DNA of 64,000 bases from Armatimonadota bacterium (GTDB lineage: Bacteria > Armatimonadota > Zipacnadia > Zipacnadales > FEN-943), in contig PMZA01000195.1 in NCBI GenBank assembly GCA_003170595.1, positions 80 to 64,079 of the forward strand, written 5' to 3'. The notes below the pieces were generated by a model. It searched no databases. It was not told the origin of the DNA and saw only the letters and a program-made list of their open reading frames with translations. The translations under genes and the position numbers were made by a program. Each line of letters opens with the position of its first letter. The stretch's first letter is position 1. Positions 51,401 through 60,180 of the stretch are shown one piece after another.

Positions 51401-52191
51401 TCGTCGATGCCAGGCCACCCTCAGGCGATCCAGGCGGCCGCGGTCCGATCCGCACGCGCGTGACCGGCGGGCGGGTGGATGGCCGGCACGTCGTTATCGA
51501 CGTCGAGTGGCAGGTCCTCGAGCCCCTGCCCAGGGGCGAGCAGGTCTTCGTCCACGTCGATCACCCGAAGTCAGGCCCCCCCGAGGCCGCGTCGATCTAT
51601 GCCTGGTGCGACTTGCCGACTGAGAAGCTCCTGCAGCCCGGCACGTACCAGGCTCACATCATCAGCGACCTGCCCGACACCATCGGCGCGGGAGCCCACG
51701 ATGTCCGCTACGGCCTCTGGAATCCCGATCGCGGCGGCCAGCGCATGATCCCCCAGGGCGACGCCGAGGGCACGCGCATCCGGGGCGGCGTCCTCACCGT
51801 GAGGCGCGAAGGCGACCGCGTCGCCGAGATCGCGTATAGCCTCGACCCGCCTCGACCCTCTTCCATGACGCTCAACGCCGGGGGGAAGATGATCAGCTTC
51901 GGGCAGGTCTCCACCAACGGCGCCTTCCGCCTGCTTCACGGGAGTTCGCCCGCGAACTCAGGCGACGTCTGGTGGCTCATCCCACTGCCGGGGTCGAACC
52001 CCTTCGAGGTTGAGCTTCGCATGGACGCCCTTGGCGCTCTGGGAAAGACCATCGCCCGCGTCGAGCCCGTGGACATGGACGGGCGAGCCGTGGAGGAAAA
52101 AGTGGAGGTTACGCAGGCGGGCGACACCTGCCGGCTGCGACTGAACGCGCAGGCCTTCAAGTACCGCCTGGTCATCGGCAAGCGGCCCTGA
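48412..52191 (+). CDS. Gene U: 1259-aa secreted protein with NEW3/CARDB-like N-domain and unassigned barrel-like core
   Basis: The track ORF starts at 48175. GTG 48412 has GGGAGG about 8 nt upstream and lies 22 nt after the stop of T; ATG 48436 is an alternative. Signal-like AAAMLAALVVSSVWA. NEW3-like: QVTVKVTDDWTVQAPATQPFTVEAGKDATLAFPVTP. Core: GMLFALHDNYIDFYPD, AAYFLDVFAS, TISESGHDG. Confidence 0.7.
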   Translation: MRTGSAAAMLAALVVSSVWAFYPAEDTAGGVTVSIGDVGEVKALGKPLAVSVGIHNGAQATAQGQVTVKVTDDWTVQAPATQPFTVEAGKDATLAFPVTPGPHSYGAFYPVHAFAEFSVAGQKLVAYPVLLAKVADAVGYHEPWADPKPEDLLVLPPGGALALENHPCWRPGIQIRDQAARSLRVGFLGGDDETGLMILPETVDRGGYRSSLSLHEPWKPSWGTLWLDIPVKLPDENCRLRFWTALRDSKPGELQSDGVEFRVYASLQGADDFRELFRRFSASKTWEPADVDLSAFRGKAITLRLWQGPGLNNNTTCDLAHWGEPTIVTESRLRSAVGEGNAALRQKALFIARAALHGKPGKASWLLDSPAGKLGAAIVDGPTGLFDRSIAFAGDGAKSLVFDAYEAEIDGTPIAGWRSEMTVDSWKASPAAGGGLVYDYALSRQGQRIGVRVRVWAEKGGLRLAFSMPGVHRALDGRPMFTKLYLGPASATVRRLYAGFGNVFVPRGPIDIWPGGFYLSTRHAGADFQGGSGPAGPAGGGPAGSPGLSLTQASSVFPDQFQWRPTEQRCSLVAHGDCTITLVPSDRGAFAAARAFRDLAGYKPTGGHQKLLGRMMIDQWGGDYATVARDLRRAGAYGLSDAVYLQHIWQRWGYDYRLPDIYPPSTAGGSRADFDDMVRAAKEAGMLFALHDNYIDFYPDATGFNYRDISFTPDGRPQRSFFNTLNGAQSYCWLPHAFLPWLESNVKLVRDNIGCAAYFLDVFASCPVVDYYDQAGRFYTKQQCADAWGKAFDRIREILGNDAPTISESGHDGLIGHLDAGEADGLAGNTWTPNASDYERVPWHDMASHGVFTLFAGGIGERYDSDPSHGYGTDDYLCTTVLGGRNPMCDGPCNRGTVATYYLLHDVCDRLGRASLEADEFVGDDIHRQHTTFGDRPSVGRWGGGQVWANRGATPWRVEGITLPQYGFVARAGDRSAEIVLRDGIAARMATSPGMLFVDARPPSGDPGGRGPIRTRVTGGRVDGRHVVIDVEWQVLEPLPRGEQVFVHVDHPKSGPPEAASIYAWCDLPTEKLLQPGTYQAHIISDLPDTIGAGAHDVRYGLWNPDRGGQRMIPQGDAEGTRIRGGVLTVRREGDRVAEIAYSLDPPRPSSMTLNAGGKMISFGQVSTNGAFRLLHGSSPANSGDVWWLIPLPGSNPFEVELRMDALGALGKTIARVEPVDMDGRAVEEKVEVTQAGDTCRLRLNAQAFKYRLVIGKRP

Positions 52192-52243
52192 TCCGTGGCT
52201 CTGATGGCGACCACCCCAGTAGAGGGCAAGGCGTCTTTGCTAC

Positions 52244-55200
52244 CTACCCTCCGCGCTCAACCCTCGCGGCCAAGTCCCGTGCGAAGGTCGGGACGACCAC
52301 CGAAAGCGCCCCGTCCGCAGCCATCGGCCTCTCCTCGTGGAGCACCCCACCCTTGAACGTATCCCACCACCGCACGCGCCAGGCGCCGTCGGCAGGCACC
52401 GGCACCGTGAGCCTCAGGCTCGCCAACTCGTGTGGTTGCTTACCGTCCGCCTCGGTGCGCCATGTGCTCTCCCGGTTGTGCACCCAGAGCAACACCAGCC
52501 GGTCGCTGGTGAGGCCCAGCACGTCCACGTACGGATAGCGGCTGCTGCGGTACGACGGGAGGGTGAGGCTGCGGATCTGCAGCCAGTCGCCCTCGGTGTT
52601 GACGAAGGTAATCGTGTGCTTGCCCGCCGGCACATCGATCTCCAAATCCTCGTCGTAGTCGCTCACCCAAAGCTTGTATTGCGACAGGTACCGGGTGCTC
52701 TTCCAGGGGCCCTTGCCGGGCTCTCCCGAGGCCAGGGGCCTGTCCAGCTTCAGGTTGCCGTCCACCGATATCTGCAGCCGCGCCGCCTGGCACACTTGCC
52801 CCAGTCGCGCCAGGACCTTCCCGGCCTGCGGCATGTCTACGTGCCACGTGGTCTGGCTGTATAGCTGATCCGGGATGCCTCGCGTGAGGGCGCCCAGCGT
52901 CATGGCAATCGGCCCACCGCTCACCGAGCCATCGCGCCCGACGGTGTACTCCGCGGAGGGCGTCTTTCCCCAATCGAGCGTCGCCGGGATCTTCACTGTG
53001 CTGAAGGTCTCCGGCTGTTGGTCACCGGTGTGCGCGGTCAGACCTTCGACGGGGACGAAGCGCGTCTTCGCCCAGTCCACCGTGCCGGCGAACTTGCGTA
53101 CCGGCGTGAGCACGCGGTAGACGTTGAGGGGGTCCACATAGCTGTCCCAGTACCACAACATCGAGGTCCCTGCCGCCCCGGCCATCATGTTCGCCCAGGC
53201 GCCGTTGTGCATGTTCAGCCCGGTGCCCTTGGGGTCGAGTTGGTCGTCTCCCGTCCGCCAGTCTAGCCCGAACTCAGCCTGCAGATACGGTTTTCCGAAG
53301 GCTATCGCCTCATGGGTCTGCTCCGTGATGAGGGGCGTGAAGTCGTCGATATTCCCGGACCCGTAGGTGTGCTTCATGCTGAAATCCACGTCCGGGCAGC
53401 GCCAGACAGTCGCATCTCCATACGTCGTGCTGACCAGGTGGCGGTTGGGATCGTTGGCTTTAACGTAGGCCGCCATCTCCGCCAGCCAGGCGTCGTTGGC
53501 CGGTGTGGGCGGCACCTCGTTCCAGAACTCCCAGCCGAATACATCGGGGCTGTACCCCCATCGCGCGATCAGGTAGCGCAGCCGCTGCCTATACAGCTTG
53601 CGCGCCCTCTCGTTGGTCCAGAAGTCGTCCGCCGTGGCGCAGGGGCCGCCGTTGGCCGCGTTGTAGGGATTGCTCACCCAGCAGCCTTCGTTGAAGAACC
53701 CGCCCATGTAGAACTCGCCGAAGGTCCCCAGGCAAAGGAGGAGCCGCACATCGCTCTCGCCCGCCATCCTCACCACCTCATCCAGCCGCCAGGCGTTGTC
53801 CTGGGCGTACCTGCCGAGGCCCAGGTAGGTGCCGGTGCCCGGCACGGGCGTCGGGGCGGGCATCCATTCGAGCCCCTTCTCCCAGTTCGAGAGGAACAGC
53901 CGCGCCCAATTCCCGCCGGCCTTGCCGAGGCTCGTCAGCCACCTGGTGTAGTCGGCGATCGGCGTCGGGCCATTGGCCCAGGCCATGTCCTCGCCGACAG
54001 CGAAGAAGGCTCGGCCATCATCCGTCGCGAAGTAAAGCGGCGACTTCGGGGCCACCCGAACGAAACCGGGCTGCTTCCCCGCTGTGGCGGTGAAGGTCAC
54101 CGGCACCGAGGTGACGCTGCCGCTGCGGTCTGTCGCCTTGACCACCAGCCGGTAGGACCCCGGCGCCGTCGGCGTGTACCTCACGCGGAAGCCGGAGGGC
54201 CCGGCGACGCGCAGCCGCTCATGCCCCAGCTTCATCTCCAGGCGCATGGGCACGTAATAGAACCCGGGCACCGTAACGGGCGTGCCGTCGGGCCGCGTGA
54301 CCAGCGCATCCACGGCGATCTGATCGGGGTCGAAGGGGTTGTCGTATCGCCCGGCGATCTCCGTCGTGACCTCCACGCGCGAGAAGACTTCGACGCCGGT
54401 GCGGTCGGCGGCCACACGCCCCACGTGCAGCGGCCGGTCGTCAGCCATCCGCAGGCCGAGGAGTTCATTGCGGGAGAGAGCCTTGGCGTCGGCCGTCATT
54501 CTCTCAGCCGTGTCCGCGCTGAAGGCCAGCCCGAACCGGATGGTCTTGCCCGCCGGCAGCTTCCCACTCGCGCTCAGCCACAGCAGCCCGTAGCCGGGGA
54601 CGCCAAACCGGCGGCTGTCCTGAAGCTGCGTCAGCATTTCCGTCGGCGTCACGCGCAGCGCGGTCCCTGCCGGGCCGAGGAAGCCCAGCCATTCCGCAGG
54701 GCGAGCGCCGAGAATAACGTGAGTGTCCTTGTTCTCCTCAACCGGGAGCACTCCCTCGAGCCCGCTCTCATCGCCCACCACATACCGCGTCGTCCCCGCG
54801 TGGACTGCCGCGGGCATGGTCCCCAGCGCGTAGACGGACTCCACCACGAGGTCCTGGCCGGGGCTAAGCTCGTAGTCCACACTCACCCGGTCCGGCGTGA
54901 CGCGCACGACCTCGCGCAGCTTCACCGAGGCCCGCTCGCCACGCAGCGTCCCCTGGTAGATCGTCGCACCGTCGGCAGTTGTCTTCGCTATCGCAGCGGG
55001 GTCGGCCGCCCGTTGATCAACCACGGCTCCGGTCCAGCCCGGCTTGGACAGCGTCACCGCCAGATCCTGCAGGTACACGACGTCGCCCACCCGCAACTGC
55101 ACGATCTCCCCGCGCGGCCCGAAGGTCGCCGTGACCTGCGCCAGGGACAGCGAGGGGGCCAGACAGAAGAGGACAAAGATACAGGCTGCTCTCACAGAAC

Positions 55201-55276
55201 CACACCTCATCGGTAGTTTCGAGTCGTGCATGATCTTTGCCCCAAGAGTCCCAGGTGGATGGGCCGACGAGCGCAT
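52244..55276 (-). CDS. Gene V: ~1010-aa secreted clan GH-A (GH5-like) glycoside hydrolase with Ig-like N-terminal (DUF5060-type) domain
   Basis: The track ORF starts at 55393, inside gene W. I prefer ATG 55276 (AGGAG 10 nt upstream, 1 nt after the W stop: TGAcATG); alternatives are ATG 55231 and 55210. Hydrophobic signal segment VRAACIFVLFCLAPSLSLAQ. Barrel motifs: FAVGEDMAW, GGNWARLFLS, FGWEFWNEVP (acid/base), YLQAEFGLDW (nucleophile). Confidence 0.75.
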   Translation of the reverse strand: MRSSAHPPGTLGAKIMHDSKLPMRCGSVRAACIFVLFCLAPSLSLAQVTATFGPRGEIVQLRVGDVVYLQDLAVTLSKPGWTGAVVDQRAADPAAIAKTTADGATIYQGTLRGERASVKLREVVRVTPDRVSVDYELSPGQDLVVESVYALGTMPAAVHAGTTRYVVGDESGLEGVLPVEENKDTHVILGARPAEWLGFLGPAGTALRVTPTEMLTQLQDSRRFGVPGYGLLWLSASGKLPAGKTIRFGLAFSADTAERMTADAKALSRNELLGLRMADDRPLHVGRVAADRTGVEVFSRVEVTTEIAGRYDNPFDPDQIAVDALVTRPDGTPVTVPGFYYVPMRLEMKLGHERLRVAGPSGFRVRYTPTAPGSYRLVVKATDRSGSVTSVPVTFTATAGKQPGFVRVAPKSPLYFATDDGRAFFAVGEDMAWANGPTPIADYTRWLTSLGKAGGNWARLFLSNWEKGLEWMPAPTPVPGTGTYLGLGRYAQDNAWRLDEVVRMAGESDVRLLLCLGTFGEFYMGGFFNEGCWVSNPYNAANGGPCATADDFWTNERARKLYRQRLRYLIARWGYSPDVFGWEFWNEVPPTPANDAWLAEMAAYVKANDPNRHLVSTTYGDATVWRCPDVDFSMKHTYGSGNIDDFTPLITEQTHEAIAFGKPYLQAEFGLDWRTGDDQLDPKGTGLNMHNGAWANMMAGAAGTSMLWYWDSYVDPLNVYRVLTPVRKFAGTVDWAKTRFVPVEGLTAHTGDQQPETFSTVKIPATLDWGKTPSAEYTVGRDGSVSGGPIAMTLGALTRGIPDQLYSQTTWHVDMPQAGKVLARLGQVCQAARLQISVDGNLKLDRPLASGEPGKGPWKSTRYLSQYKLWVSDYDEDLEIDVPAGKHTITFVNTEGDWLQIRSLTLPSYRSSRYPYVDVLGLTSDRLVLLWVHNRESTWRTEADGKQPHELASLRLTVPVPADGAWRVRWWDTFKGGVLHEERPMAADGALSVVVPTFARDLAARVERGG

Positions 55277-55277
55277 G

Positions 55278-57749
55278 TCAGGGCAACTCCTGGATTGCGA
55301 TATCGTCGACGGCGATGGCCGCTTGGCCGTGGATGCTGAGGAAGAGGAAGTAGTCGCCAAAGTCGCCGGTGCGGGCGGTGAACACTCGTTCACTGACGGT
55401 ACCCGAGGGCCGGCCCCACATTCTCATGTCGCCGACGTCGCCGCCTTTGGGGCTGCGCAGGGCCATGGCGAAGGGCGGGCGGAACTTGCCGTCGCCGCCG
55501 TCGAGCACGCGGTAGCGCAGCCGGATCTGGTAGCGGGTCTTGGGGCGAAAGTGCACGACGGACGGGTCGGTGGTCATGTACTCGGTCCACTCGCGGCCAG
55601 TCTTGCGCGAGTCGCCGACGAGGGATCGCTTCCCGTCAACGACCTCCGCCTGATCGTCGGTGAGACGGCCCGAGTCCGCCGCGATGCGGACGAGCTTGGA
55701 GTCATCGCCCTCGAAATCGATGCTCGCGACTAGGCGCCCGCCAGGCAGCCATGGCACAATCTCATCCATCAGCGGCGGCACCAGCGCCTCGCGCTCGGCC
55801 GGAGTCTGCGCACCAGCCAGCCTCTCCCGCACGGCCTCAACCTCCCGCTCCCACAGCGGCGTCAACTCCGCCATCCGCGTGCAGTGGGCCGCGCTGTAGT
55901 TGTTCCAGAAGTCCGTCTGCGACCAGGGCGGCGGGTAGCAGAATACCGAGTTCTGATACCATACGCCGCCCGGGTCGAGGCGGTCGCCAAGTGCGGCGTA
56001 GCTTCGCCAGGCCTTCACCGACGACGCCAGCTCAGCCGTGCAGAGCGTGGCATCGGACGGCGTGCCGAGGACGCGATACCTTTCCCAGGCGACGGCGGCG
56101 CGATCCTTGTGGACGTAGAACTCGCCGAGGGCGATGTTCTTGGCGGCATAGTCGAGCATCAGGGCCAACTCATCACGCGCCGAGGTCTCCGAGTCCTTGA
56201 GGCGCGAGACCTCAGCCATCGCCGCCTGCGCGCGGGCGACGTGCCCGTCCAACTCCGCCGCCACGTCGAGGGGCGTGACTGCGCCGCTCTGGGCCGGCTG
56301 TGGCTGAAAGCCCAGCGAGCGGTCCTGTGCCAGCCAGGCGCTCAGTCTCTGCTTCCGCTCCGCCACGTCGGGGATCAGGCCCATCACGTACTGCCTTACA
56401 GGCAGCACATACGGGCCCCAGTCGTGGCTCGGGATGCAGAGGCCCATGTTCGGATGTATGAACCCGTCGACACCGAGGGCCTGGGCGTTCTCGAAGATGT
56501 AGGTTGAGATGCTGCCCATCTCCAGGACCTGGATCAGCGGCATCCCAGCCTGCGGGCAGAAGGCCCCGGACTGGCTGTGCGTGAGCTTCATCTGCGACGA
56601 CAGGACCAGGCTGGCTTCCTTGAAGAGGGTGAGCAGCGGCCGCGCCAGGTCCCGGCTGCCGTAGCGATCGGCGAGCATGTCCTCCCAGAAGCCGTCGCGA
56701 TAGGCCTCGCCCGGCGCCCAGGAATAGCGGCAGAAGGCTGATGTCGCCAGCCAACGTCCGGGCTGGTCGAGGGCCTCCATCACGATGCCGCGGCCGAGAT
56801 TGCGGTGGAAGTCGGCCAGGACGTCGTGGACCATTTCCGGGTTGGCGAAGAGCAGGTAGGAGTTGCCCGCCTTCGGCCCGCCCAGGGCGATCGCCTGCCG
56901 GTTGTCACTTAGCTCGGCCATCTGCCGGATGCGCGGGTCCGCCTTGCTCGCGAAGAACTGCTCGTACTGCAGGTAGGACATGAAGCCCTTCGGGCCATCG
57001 TAGGACGAGAGCACCTGCTTGACCTGCCAGGGGTAGCTGCACCAGTCCCAGAGGATGAAGTGCGGCCGCGGAGTTACGCGCCTGAGGCCCGCGACGACGC
57101 CGTGCTCGACGAAGTCCGCGCAGCCCGGCGGCGACTCGGCTGCGTGCATGATGAGGCCGCCGAAGTCGGGAAAGGTCTGGAAGAACTTCGCCACCGTCCA
57201 GGCCGTGTACTCGCGGGTGAGCGGGCTATCGACGGCGCTCTGCTCGATCCCGTGAGCCCGCGCAAAGCCTGCCGGCAGCCAGATGTTGTACGTCAGGAAG
57301 TAGAGCCTGATGCCGCGGCTCTGGGCCTCCGCGATGAGCCAGCGCAGCATGTCCTGCTTGGCGCGGAGCTGGTCGGGCGTCAGGTAAGTCGCCTCGGGGT
57401 AGCGGTCCCCATAATCGACGAAGAGGGCGAAGGGGTGGTAGTGGAGGAGGACCAGGGCGTTCATGCGGAGGGTCTTCATGCGGTCGAGGCGGCGCAGCCA
57501 GGCGGCTTTGTCGTGGAAGGGATTGCCCGCGTCGGCGTTGCGGTCGAAGCGGGTGAGGTCGGGGTAGATCGCACAGTCGCCGCCGAGAGGGAGCAGCGTC
57601 GACTCAGCCCGAAACGTCAGCCCGGGCGATGAGGGCGCGCCGCCCCACAGCTGCGACGCCGGGGGCGCCTCATCGATCGCCCACGCGGCCGCGTACGCGA
57701 GGATCGCGGTGGCCAGGGCCAAAGGCTTTGGTTTCATCATCTGCAGCAT
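55278..57749 (-). CDS. Gene W: 823-aa secreted protein with a barrel distantly resembling GH67/GH115 alpha-glucuronidase catalytic domains and a C-terminal CBM-like sandwich
   Basis: Signal peptide MLQMMKPKPLALATAILAYAAAWA. RMNALVLLHY, GIRLYFLTYNIWLP and FPDFGGLIMHAAESPPGC recall the GH67 GIN..., GIKVYLS and IPDFGGF-VKADSEGQPGP pattern (from memory). The C-terminal 150 aa (IDFEGDD...AIAVDDIAIQELP) look CBM-like. Confidence 0.55.
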   Translation of the reverse strand: MLQMMKPKPLALATAILAYAAAWAIDEAPPASQLWGGAPSSPGLTFRAESTLLPLGGDCAIYPDLTRFDRNADAGNPFHDKAAWLRRLDRMKTLRMNALVLLHYHPFALFVDYGDRYPEATYLTPDQLRAKQDMLRWLIAEAQSRGIRLYFLTYNIWLPAGFARAHGIEQSAVDSPLTREYTAWTVAKFFQTFPDFGGLIMHAAESPPGCADFVEHGVVAGLRRVTPRPHFILWDWCSYPWQVKQVLSSYDGPKGFMSYLQYEQFFASKADPRIRQMAELSDNRQAIALGGPKAGNSYLLFANPEMVHDVLADFHRNLGRGIVMEALDQPGRWLATSAFCRYSWAPGEAYRDGFWEDMLADRYGSRDLARPLLTLFKEASLVLSSQMKLTHSQSGAFCPQAGMPLIQVLEMGSISTYIFENAQALGVDGFIHPNMGLCIPSHDWGPYVLPVRQYVMGLIPDVAERKQRLSAWLAQDRSLGFQPQPAQSGAVTPLDVAAELDGHVARAQAAMAEVSRLKDSETSARDELALMLDYAAKNIALGEFYVHKDRAAVAWERYRVLGTPSDATLCTAELASSVKAWRSYAALGDRLDPGGVWYQNSVFCYPPPWSQTDFWNNYSAAHCTRMAELTPLWEREVEAVRERLAGAQTPAEREALVPPLMDEIVPWLPGGRLVASIDFEGDDSKLVRIAADSGRLTDDQAEVVDGKRSLVGDSRKTGREWTEYMTTDPSVVHFRPKTRYQIRLRYRVLDGGDGKFRPPFAMALRSPKGGDVGDMRMWGRPSGTVSERVFTARTGDFGDYFLFLSIHGQAAIAVDDIAIQELP

Positions 57750-57764
57750 CTGCTTCTGCGGTCG

Positions 57765-60110
57765 TTAGCGCGGAACAGGACCCCTGGCCGCGAGGTAGCC
57801 CCACAGCCACACGTTCCCCGTCCACGCATCCACCGTGAATTCTGTCATCATCGGGTAGACGTAGATGTCGAAGTACGCCTCGCTGATCGGCCACTCCCAC
57901 GCACCCGGCACGCACGCCTTCCCCAGGTACCACTTCATCGGCCACAGGCCGCCGTCGTCCTTGTGCGCCCAGAAGTCGACGTTGCCATAGGTCGTGAACC
58001 CGACCGGCGCCGCCTGCCCGGTGTTGCGGCTGTCGAGGTGCAGCGGATGCTTGATCGGATTGATGCCGAGGCCGGTCGTGTATACGATGTTGCCCGGGTT
58101 GCATCCGAGCGGGAAGTGTGCCGCCTGCACCGCCCCGGCCAGGTACTTCGCGTCGCCGGTGAGCCAGTGCGCCCGGCAGAGCTCCGCCGCGTTGGGCATC
58201 GAGTAGAACCCGTAGTAGAGCGGCCGCCACCGGTCGAAGTTCGTGACGTTGAAGGCGTTGCCGGCCTGCACCACCAGCGACCGGTCCGCCAGTTCGCACA
58301 CCCACTTCCTCGCTGCCGCCTGCATCGCCGGGTCGGCAAGCTTGGGGTCGAGCCGCGCGTACTGGAAGACCTGATCCATCTGCCAGTGGGTGCCCCACTG
58401 CGCCGGGTCGGGGTTGGGCTTGGCGAGGCACAGGTTCTCCATCGCCACGTCATGCCAGTGCCGGTCGCCGGTCAGGGCGAGCATGTCCAGCGCCGCCATC
58501 GGCCGCGCATCGAGCAGGTCCCACGCGATCTTGCCGGCCTTGCCCGCGGCCTTCCTGTCCGCGTAGTCCTTCTCGGCGAAGGCCATGGCCCGCTTCGCCG
58601 ACGCAGCCAGATCATCGGCAAGCTTCGGCTTGATCTTCGCGAGCACCCGCGCCGTCCTCGCCGCCACCGACGCGTACCACCAGCTCCCGACGCAGTCCGC
58701 CGCCCACACGTACTCGGGCTTCGTCTGCAGCCAACTGACCTCATCCGGCCCTGGATCGCCGTCCGTCTCGATGCCGAAGGACACGCCACCGTCGGGCCTC
58801 TGCAAGCGGCGGAAGAGGTCCAGCTCGAACAGACACTCCTCCAGGATCGGCGGCACGCCGAACTGCTTCGGCACCTTCATCGGCAGCTTCAGGAAGTAGT
58901 CGGGGTATAGCTCGCACAGCTCGAGCATCGCCAGCGTGATGTGCATGTGATTCGCGCGGCGCGGGTTCCAGTCACCGGCGTCCTGGTAGCCGCCCCACGC
59001 TTCCGGGACCGGCACGCCCGTGTCGCCCTTCGGCAGAGTCCCCAGGTCCCCATCGGCGATGGCATAGCTCGACTGAGTGACCTTCGTGCCATCGTCCGGG
59101 CGCAGGCAGGGCTGGCGGTGGAAGTCGGAGTAGGGCGGCCCAAGCTCGATGCCTGACCGCTCGTTGTAGAGGCCCTGGAGCTGGGTGAGCAGCGCCGTCT
59201 GCCACGGATTCCCGCCGATCGTGAAGGTCCAACTGCAGCCCAGGCCATCGACGACGATTCGGTATTTGCCGGTCTTCGTGAGCCCGCCGAAGTCCATCCG
59301 CCAGACGTCGGTGAGATTGAAGTTCGCCTCATGCTGGAGGTGTTCAGGATCCTTCCCGCGCCACGCGATCTCGACCTTGCCCGCGAAGGCCGTATGCCCG
59401 CTAGCGTCCTCGACCACACGGAAGGTCATCGCGTCGGGGTACTTGCACACCCCCCCAGTCCCCATCCACAGCGAGAGGTACGCCCGCTTCACCGGATCGT
59501 CCGTCCGGTAGCCGATCTGCTGGATGTGGATCGCCTCGCACCACGTCCGCGCGGGGTCCTGCTTCCATGTCACGGTCGGCGTCTTCACGTTCAGTCCGCC
59601 GCAGGAGAGAGTGTAGGTCTTCCCGTCCGTGAGGTCGCGCGGGAGGGCGAGATAGATCCGGTGTCGCAGGGGGAACTCGCGGTTGCCGCTCATGCACCAG
59701 TCGGTAGGGGTCGACTTTCGGTACACGGCCTCGGGCGCGACGGCGGCAGGCCACGCGGGGTCGTCTTTCGAGGCGATGCTCCACGTCGCGGCCTGGGCGG
59801 CGAGGTCTTGCTTCAGCGGCTCACCGGCCATCTGCTCGTTGACGCGCAGCCAGGCCTGCTTCGCGCCTAGAAGGAGGCCGATCTCCATGCCGCCGCGCGA
59901 GACCTTGCCGTCCTTCACCTGATCGCCGGGCTGAGCTTCGTACCTGATGAGCTTGCTCGGCACGACCTGCTGCGCGTCGACCGTGACCTCGAGGATGCGT
60001 GGCGCCGCGAGGCCGAGGCTCACGATCTCCGGCAGCCCTTCCGCCGCCAGAGCGACCTGTCCGCCGACGACGATCAGCACCGCGATCCCGATGTATGTGA
60101 GGCATCGCAT
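57765..60110 (-). CDS. Gene X: 781-aa secreted GH9 glycoside hydrolase with Ig-like N-terminal domain
   Basis: The track start is GTG 60128. ATG 60110 has a strong SD GAGGAAGGTGA and gives the signal peptide MRCLTYIGIAVLIVVGGQVALAA. GH9 motifs: AWGGYQDAGDWNPR (DAGD Asp pair), NIVYTTGLGINPIKHPLH, MMTEFTVDAW (Glu). Confidence 0.8.
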   Translation of the reverse strand: MRCLTYIGIAVLIVVGGQVALAAEGLPEIVSLGLAAPRILEVTVDAQQVVPSKLIRYEAQPGDQVKDGKVSRGGMEIGLLLGAKQAWLRVNEQMAGEPLKQDLAAQAATWSIASKDDPAWPAAVAPEAVYRKSTPTDWCMSGNREFPLRHRIYLALPRDLTDGKTYTLSCGGLNVKTPTVTWKQDPARTWCEAIHIQQIGYRTDDPVKRAYLSLWMGTGGVCKYPDAMTFRVVEDASGHTAFAGKVEIAWRGKDPEHLQHEANFNLTDVWRMDFGGLTKTGKYRIVVDGLGCSWTFTIGGNPWQTALLTQLQGLYNERSGIELGPPYSDFHRQPCLRPDDGTKVTQSSYAIADGDLGTLPKGDTGVPVPEAWGGYQDAGDWNPRRANHMHITLAMLELCELYPDYFLKLPMKVPKQFGVPPILEECLFELDLFRRLQRPDGGVSFGIETDGDPGPDEVSWLQTKPEYVWAADCVGSWWYASVAARTARVLAKIKPKLADDLAASAKRAMAFAEKDYADRKAAGKAGKIAWDLLDARPMAALDMLALTGDRHWHDVAMENLCLAKPNPDPAQWGTHWQMDQVFQYARLDPKLADPAMQAAARKWVCELADRSLVVQAGNAFNVTNFDRWRPLYYGFYSMPNAAELCRAHWLTGDAKYLAGAVQAAHFPLGCNPGNIVYTTGLGINPIKHPLHLDSRNTGQAAPVGFTTYGNVDFWAHKDDGGLWPMKWYLGKACVPGAWEWPISEAYFDIYVYPMMTEFTVDAWTGNVWLWGYLAARGPVPR

Positions 60111-60180
60111 GCGGATCACCTTCCTCACTTCGCTCCCTCACCCTCCCGTCCCTCCAGCCCGCCGCTCTCGGCGCGGGGAA

